64,000 bases of DNA from NCBI GenBank assembly GCA_018400295.1, contig JAGYMZ010000001.1:70049-134048 (forward strand), written 5' to 3'. The first letter of the stretch is position 1; each line of letters begins with the position of its first letter. The notes beneath the pieces were generated by a model, which saw only the letters and a program-made list of their open reading frames with translations, did no database searches and was not told the DNA's origin. Below, one piece after another: positions 60,436-64,000 of the stretch. This stretch comes from Bacteroidales bacterium. GTDB lineage: Bacteria > Bacteroidota > Bacteroidia > Bacteroidales > B18-G4. A program made the translations under genes and the position numbers.

Positions 60436-61644
60436 TCAATCCGGGAAATCCTCATACAACAAATATTGTTTTCGGATCTTTTTAAACGCTTCTATGTCTT
60501 TCCTCCAGGAATTCCGAATGGTATCTGCAGGGGTTCCGGTTCGTATTTGTTCCTGCAATGTTGAATTACCAGCCAGGTAATTAAAATAGGAATTAAAAAA
60601 GCGATGGGTTTTACCAAAATAGCGGTAAGTTTCTTTTAGCCAGTGAAGGTTGATCTTTCCGGGTTGATTTTTGAAATTGAGCGCATAACTGGTCAGATTT
60701 GATCCATAGCAAACTTCCCCCTGGTATTTTGGATCATTGGCCCCTGGCCGGGCTTCGGGCATAAACATAAAGGATCCGGTAAGGTACCCGGGATGCCCTA
60801 TGACCTGGAAGGGTCTGCCCGTGCCTCTTCCCACGCTCATGATGGTTCCTTCAAAAAGGGCCAGCGAAGGATAGAGGTACACTGAAATCCAGTTTGGAAG
60901 GTTTGGTGAAGGGTTTATGGGTAATTTACAGATCATTTTGTGATTGTAGCCAGTCAGGGGAATTACCGTAAGGTCACATTGCAGGTTTCCGGCCAGCCAC
61001 TTTTCACCATTGGCCATGCGTGCATATTCGCCAAGGGTCATTCCATAGACCACAGGTACCGGGTGGAGCCCGACAAAAGAACGGAATTCTTTTTCAAGTA
61101 CCGGCCCGTCAATGTAAAAGCCATTGGGATTAGGCCGGTCAAGGATGATCAGGGGAATGTCGTTTTCCGCACAAGCCTCCATAATATAGATCATGGTAGA
61201 CAAATAGGTGTAGAACCGGACACCAACGTCCTGCATGTCGAAGATCATGATCTCAATATTACGCAGGTCACGTTGCGTTGGTTTATAATGCTTGCCGTAC
61301 AAGGAAATGATCTGTATCCCGGATATCCTGTCGCGGGAGTTGCGGATATTTTTCCCTGCATCCAGGATGCCGCGGAATCCATGTTCGGGGGCAAAGATTT
61401 TTTCAATGGCAATGTTCAGGTCAAGCAGGGTGTCGACAAGATGCGTTTTCCCGACCAGGGAGGTGTGATTGGCTGCAATGCCTGCACGTTTGTCCCGGAT
61501 CATGGGAAGATACCTGTGGACTTGTTCTGAACCCGGGGTTATTTTATCACAGGGAACAAGATCGGGAAAAGAAACGGTTGTATCCTGCGATAGCACCCCT
61601 GTGAACATAAAGATCAGCAAAACTGTCAAAAAGAACTTGTGCAT
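60436..61644 (-). CDS. DUF1343 family protein (NamZ-like exo-beta-N-acetylmuramidase family)
   Basis: Signal peptide from MHKFFLTVLL, then GIAANHTS, FAPEHGFRG and FDMQDVGVRFYTYLSTM, typical of DUF1343. Start at ATG 61644, supported by the -7 box at 61716. Confidence 0.65.
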   Translation of the reverse strand: MHKFFLTVLLIFMFTGVLSQDTTVSFPDLVPCDKITPGSEQVHRYLPMIRDKRAGIAANHTSLVGKTHLVDTLLDLNIAIEKIFAPEHGFRGILDAGKNIRNSRDRISGIQIISLYGKHYKPTQRDLRNIEIMIFDMQDVGVRFYTYLSTMIYIMEACAENDIPLIILDRPNPNGFYIDGPVLEKEFRSFVGLHPVPVVYGMTLGEYARMANGEKWLAGNLQCDLTVIPLTGYNHKMICKLPINPSPNLPNWISVYLYPSLALFEGTIMSVGRGTGRPFQVIGHPGYLTGSFMFMPEARPGANDPKYQGEVCYGSNLTSYALNFKNQPGKINLHWLKETYRYFGKTHRFFNSYFNYLAGNSTLQEQIRTGTPADTIRNSWRKDIEAFKKIRKQYLLYEDFPD

Positions 61645-61715
61645 TGGCGAAGGAGCTTTTTTAGCTTGTGGTTGTTGGTATATTATCGTGTGCGTATCAG
61701 ACGTCCGGAAACCTG

Positions 61716-61723
61716 CAAATATA
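61716..61723 (-). promoter_or_regulatory. -7 promoter box TATATTTG
   Basis: Plus-strand caaatata, 72 nt upstream of ATG 61644. Confidence 0.35.
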
Positions 61724-61776
61724 CTGCCATTTTTTAATATTGGTGATGCATGATGCAATTATCCTTCGTATTTTGA

Positions 61777-61784
61777 TAAATTTG
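61777..61784 (+). promoter_or_regulatory. -7 promoter box TAAATTTG
   Basis: Matches TAnnTTTG, 20 nt upstream of the GTG start at 61804. Confidence 0.4.
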
Positions 61785-61803
61785 CACACAGAATCCTTAA
61801 ACC

Positions 61804-63030
61804 GTGAATTACGAATTATTTATTGCGAGGCATTTACGAAGGAAGGATCCGGCGAACATTTCCGGTCCTTTTATCCGGATTGCTATCATAGCCATTGCGT
61901 TGGGATTGGTGGTCATGATATTAGCTGTCAGTATTGTTACCGGTTTTCAAAAGGAGATCCGGGAAAAAATTTCCGGGTTTGCCGCTCATGTACAAATTAC
62001 TTCCTATGATTTCAACCGGTCATTTGAAGCTGCCCCGGTGCGTGCCGGCCAGGATTTTTATCCTTCCATGGAAGAACTGGAAGGGATTAAACACATACAG
62101 GTGTTTGCCAACAAAGCCGGCATAATAAAAACGGAAGATCAAATTGAAGGGATCGTACTGAAAGGCGTGGGAAGCGATTACGACTGGTCTTTTATTAGTG
62201 ATAATTTGCTTGCGGGCCGGATCTTTCCGGTGGCCGATTCAGGCAAAACGGACGCTGTAGTTGTTTCAAAAACATTGGCGGATAAGCTGGAATTGAATCT
62301 CGGCGACGACCTGAGGGTGTACTTTATTGATAAGGAGCGCAAAGCCCCGCGGGGAAGGAAATTTCAAATTACCGGAATTTATGAAACGGGGTTTGAAGAG
62401 GTGGATCAATATTTCGTCCTCGCTGATATTGCCCATGTCCGAAAGCTCAATAACTGGGATGCGGACCAGGTCGCCGGGTTTGAAGTATTTCTGGATGCGT
62501 TTGAATCCGTGGGATCCATGAGGGATCAGATCAATGATATGATCGGATACGATCTGAAAGCAACTTCCATAAAGGAACGTTATCCCCAGATCTTTGACTG
62601 GTTGGAATTGCAGGACATCAATGTGGTCGTGATCATTGTATTGATGATCCTTGTTGCCGGCATTACCATGGTTTCCGCTTTATTGGTGATCATCCTGGAA
62701 AGGGCCAATATGATCGGTATTCTGAAGGCCCTGGGCATCCGCACCTGGAGTGTCCGGAAAATTTTTTTGTATCAATCCGTTTATATTATTCTGAGAGGAT
62801 TGTTCTGGGGTAATGTTTTCGGAATAGGTCTTGCCCTGCTTCAAAAGTACGGCCGTATCCTCCCATTACCCCAGGAATCCTATTATATTCAGGCAGTTCC
62901 GGTTAATCTGACATTTGAGGCGATCCTGCTGCTTAATGCAATGGCGTTGATCATCTGCACGGTTATGCTGATCGTTCCTTCCTACATTGTTTCGAAAATC
63001 ACGCCCATTAAGGCCATACGCTGGGATTAA
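61804..63030 (+). CDS. FtsX/LolE-like ABC transporter permease (MacB periplasmic domain plus FtsX)
   Basis: N-terminal ELFIARHL, TM1, a periplasmic domain of about 230 aa, and three C-terminal TMs with the ILKALGIRTWSVRKIF loop typical of LolC/E. Confidence 0.8.
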   Translation: MNYELFIARHLRRKDPANISGPFIRIAIIAIALGLVVMILAVSIVTGFQKEIREKISGFAAHVQITSYDFNRSFEAAPVRAGQDFYPSMEELEGIKHIQVFANKAGIIKTEDQIEGIVLKGVGSDYDWSFISDNLLAGRIFPVADSGKTDAVVVSKTLADKLELNLGDDLRVYFIDKERKAPRGRKFQITGIYETGFEEVDQYFVLADIAHVRKLNNWDADQVAGFEVFLDAFESVGSMRDQINDMIGYDLKATSIKERYPQIFDWLELQDINVVVIIVLMILVAGITMVSALLVIILERANMIGILKALGIRTWSVRKIFLYQSVYIILRGLFWGNVFGIGLALLQKYGRILPLPQESYYIQAVPVNLTFEAILLLNAMALIICTVMLIVPSYIVSKITPIKAIRWD

Positions 63031-63514
63031 CCCTTGCTTTGCCGGACATGCATCCGCCTTTTTGATGCGATCTGCGGTGTCGTTTTGAATCAAACAGGAT
63101 CCGCTGTTCTTCTGTTAAAATATTGCGTATATCCTGATGATGTGCTGCTTTGGCTTTCATTATTTCAGCCCTTAAATCCGATATTTCATCGATCGTGGAA
63201 TTGATTTTATCCATCTCCGGATTTTCCTGGTTGGAAAGCGACCTTACGTGTGCCCTTTTTTCCGCAATCTGATCTTGATAAGGCGTGATCTTCTTTAAAA
63301 ATTCCACTTTGAATGTTTTGGCCTTTTCTTTTTGCTCATCGGTAAGACCTGGCAGGCATGTGGCGTCCATCTGACCCTTGTTCATCTTCTGCATGTCTTG
63401 CCTGGGACGGTTGTCCGCATCCCTTTGTCCGCGATTGAATTTTTGTGCATTCACTCCCAACTGCAAAGTGACCAGTATGGAAGCCAAAACCATGATGATT
63501 ATTTTCCTGTTCAT
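63008..63514 (-). CDS. Periplasmic Spy/CpxP-family (LTXXQ motif) protein
   Basis: Signal peptide ending GVNAQ and two LTXXQ motifs (LTDEQKEKA, LTEEQRILF). The 3' end overlaps the convergent permease gene by 23 nt. Confidence 0.65.
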   Translation of the reverse strand: MNRKIIIMVLASILVTLQLGVNAQKFNRGQRDADNRPRQDMQKMNKGQMDATCLPGLTDEQKEKAKTFKVEFLKKITPYQDQIAEKRAHVRSLSNQENPEMDKINSTIDEISDLRAEIMKAKAAHHQDIRNILTEEQRILFDSKRHRRSHQKGGCMSGKARVNPSVWP

Positions 63515-63717
63515 TGTTCTTAAGTTTTTTATTAGTAATTGATTGAATTTGTAATAACAAGAGCGCTTTGTTGCTAGTTAGATGCACCGGTATGGGAAGG
63601 GTTTAATGTCTGGGTGGAAAGCGTGTGATCCGTTGTTCCCGCTGATCATCATTCAATCAGATGCTGATGCCGGCGACTGAGAAAAGTCCCGGATGATCTG
63701 ACCGCATCATTTCGCGG

Positions 63718-64000
63718 TCAGTTATTCTTTATTGAATATTTGATCTGCCGGTACATTTCCTTGCTAACGATCCGGTAATGGGGGGAATATTCTTTCTTAA
63801 ATACCTCGCTGTGGTGTACCACCGGATCCCCATTCTGTAGTTGTATGTCCAGCATTTTTTTATCCTCTTCAAAATCAGGAATTTCCAGGTCCATCTCTTC
63901 AATGATCCCCAGGATATGGTTCCATGTACGGATCCATTCATCCATTGGTGGTGGGGAGGCCGTATTGGCACTTTTGACAAATGCATTGAATAAGAGGTCC
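63718..64000 (-). CDS. C-terminal fragment of an unidentified protein (5' part lies beyond the window end)
   Basis: The frame of track ORF 63718-63945 stays open upstream to base 64000 by my hand translation (...DLLFNAFVKSANTASPPPMDEW...). No family recognised. Confidence 0.3.
   Translation of the reverse strand, partial: DLLFNAFVKSANTASPPPMDEWIRTWNHILGIIEEMDLEIPDFEEDKKMLDIQLQNGDPVVHHSEVFKKEYSPHYRIVSKEMYRQIKYSIKNN

Noticed and set aside
63729-63986. 85-aa alternative minus-strand frame at the window end
   Set aside because: It competes with the 63718-64000 frame, which stays open to the window edge and has a more protein-like acidic/hydrophilic composition. Neither frame could be assigned a family.

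Overview
The window reads as ordinary chromosome from a Bacteroidota-type anaerobe. This assignment is an inference from three things: recurrent TAnnTTTG -7 promoter boxes, CarboxypepD_reg-type TonB-dependent receptors, and lipoprotein/DUF1573/DUF2807 content. It is densely coding, with about 50 CDS, one tRNA(CAT), and several intrinsic terminators and promoter boxes. I found no CRISPR array, transposase, integrase, phage gene or recognisable defence system. Main content, in order:
- a NikR-controlled TonB receptor next to a HydE-like radical SAM gene
- housekeeping genes (truA, split transketolase, sirtuin, ligA)
- a block of three very large hybrid sensor kinases, one of them a CheB-CheR-PAS-HK-REC megaprotein
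- an ECF sigma/anti-sigma/DUF4097/DUF2807 envelope module
- a class III nucleotidyl cyclase, HD hydrolase and two tandem-USP genes
- a same-strand run that looks like a complete uptake-to-ATP oxoacid/amino-acid fermentation route: ADP-forming acyl-CoA synthetase, Na+ symporter, porin, aminotransferase and KorDABC
- a 1310-aa SLC12-type transporter with an unassignable C-terminal extension of about 570 aa
The best novelty candidates are the transporter fusion, the cyclase/HD/USP module and the fermentation locus. All are architecture or context inferences from motifs read by eye. No homology search, HMM or structure prediction could be run, so family names are motif-based and start codons are approximate.
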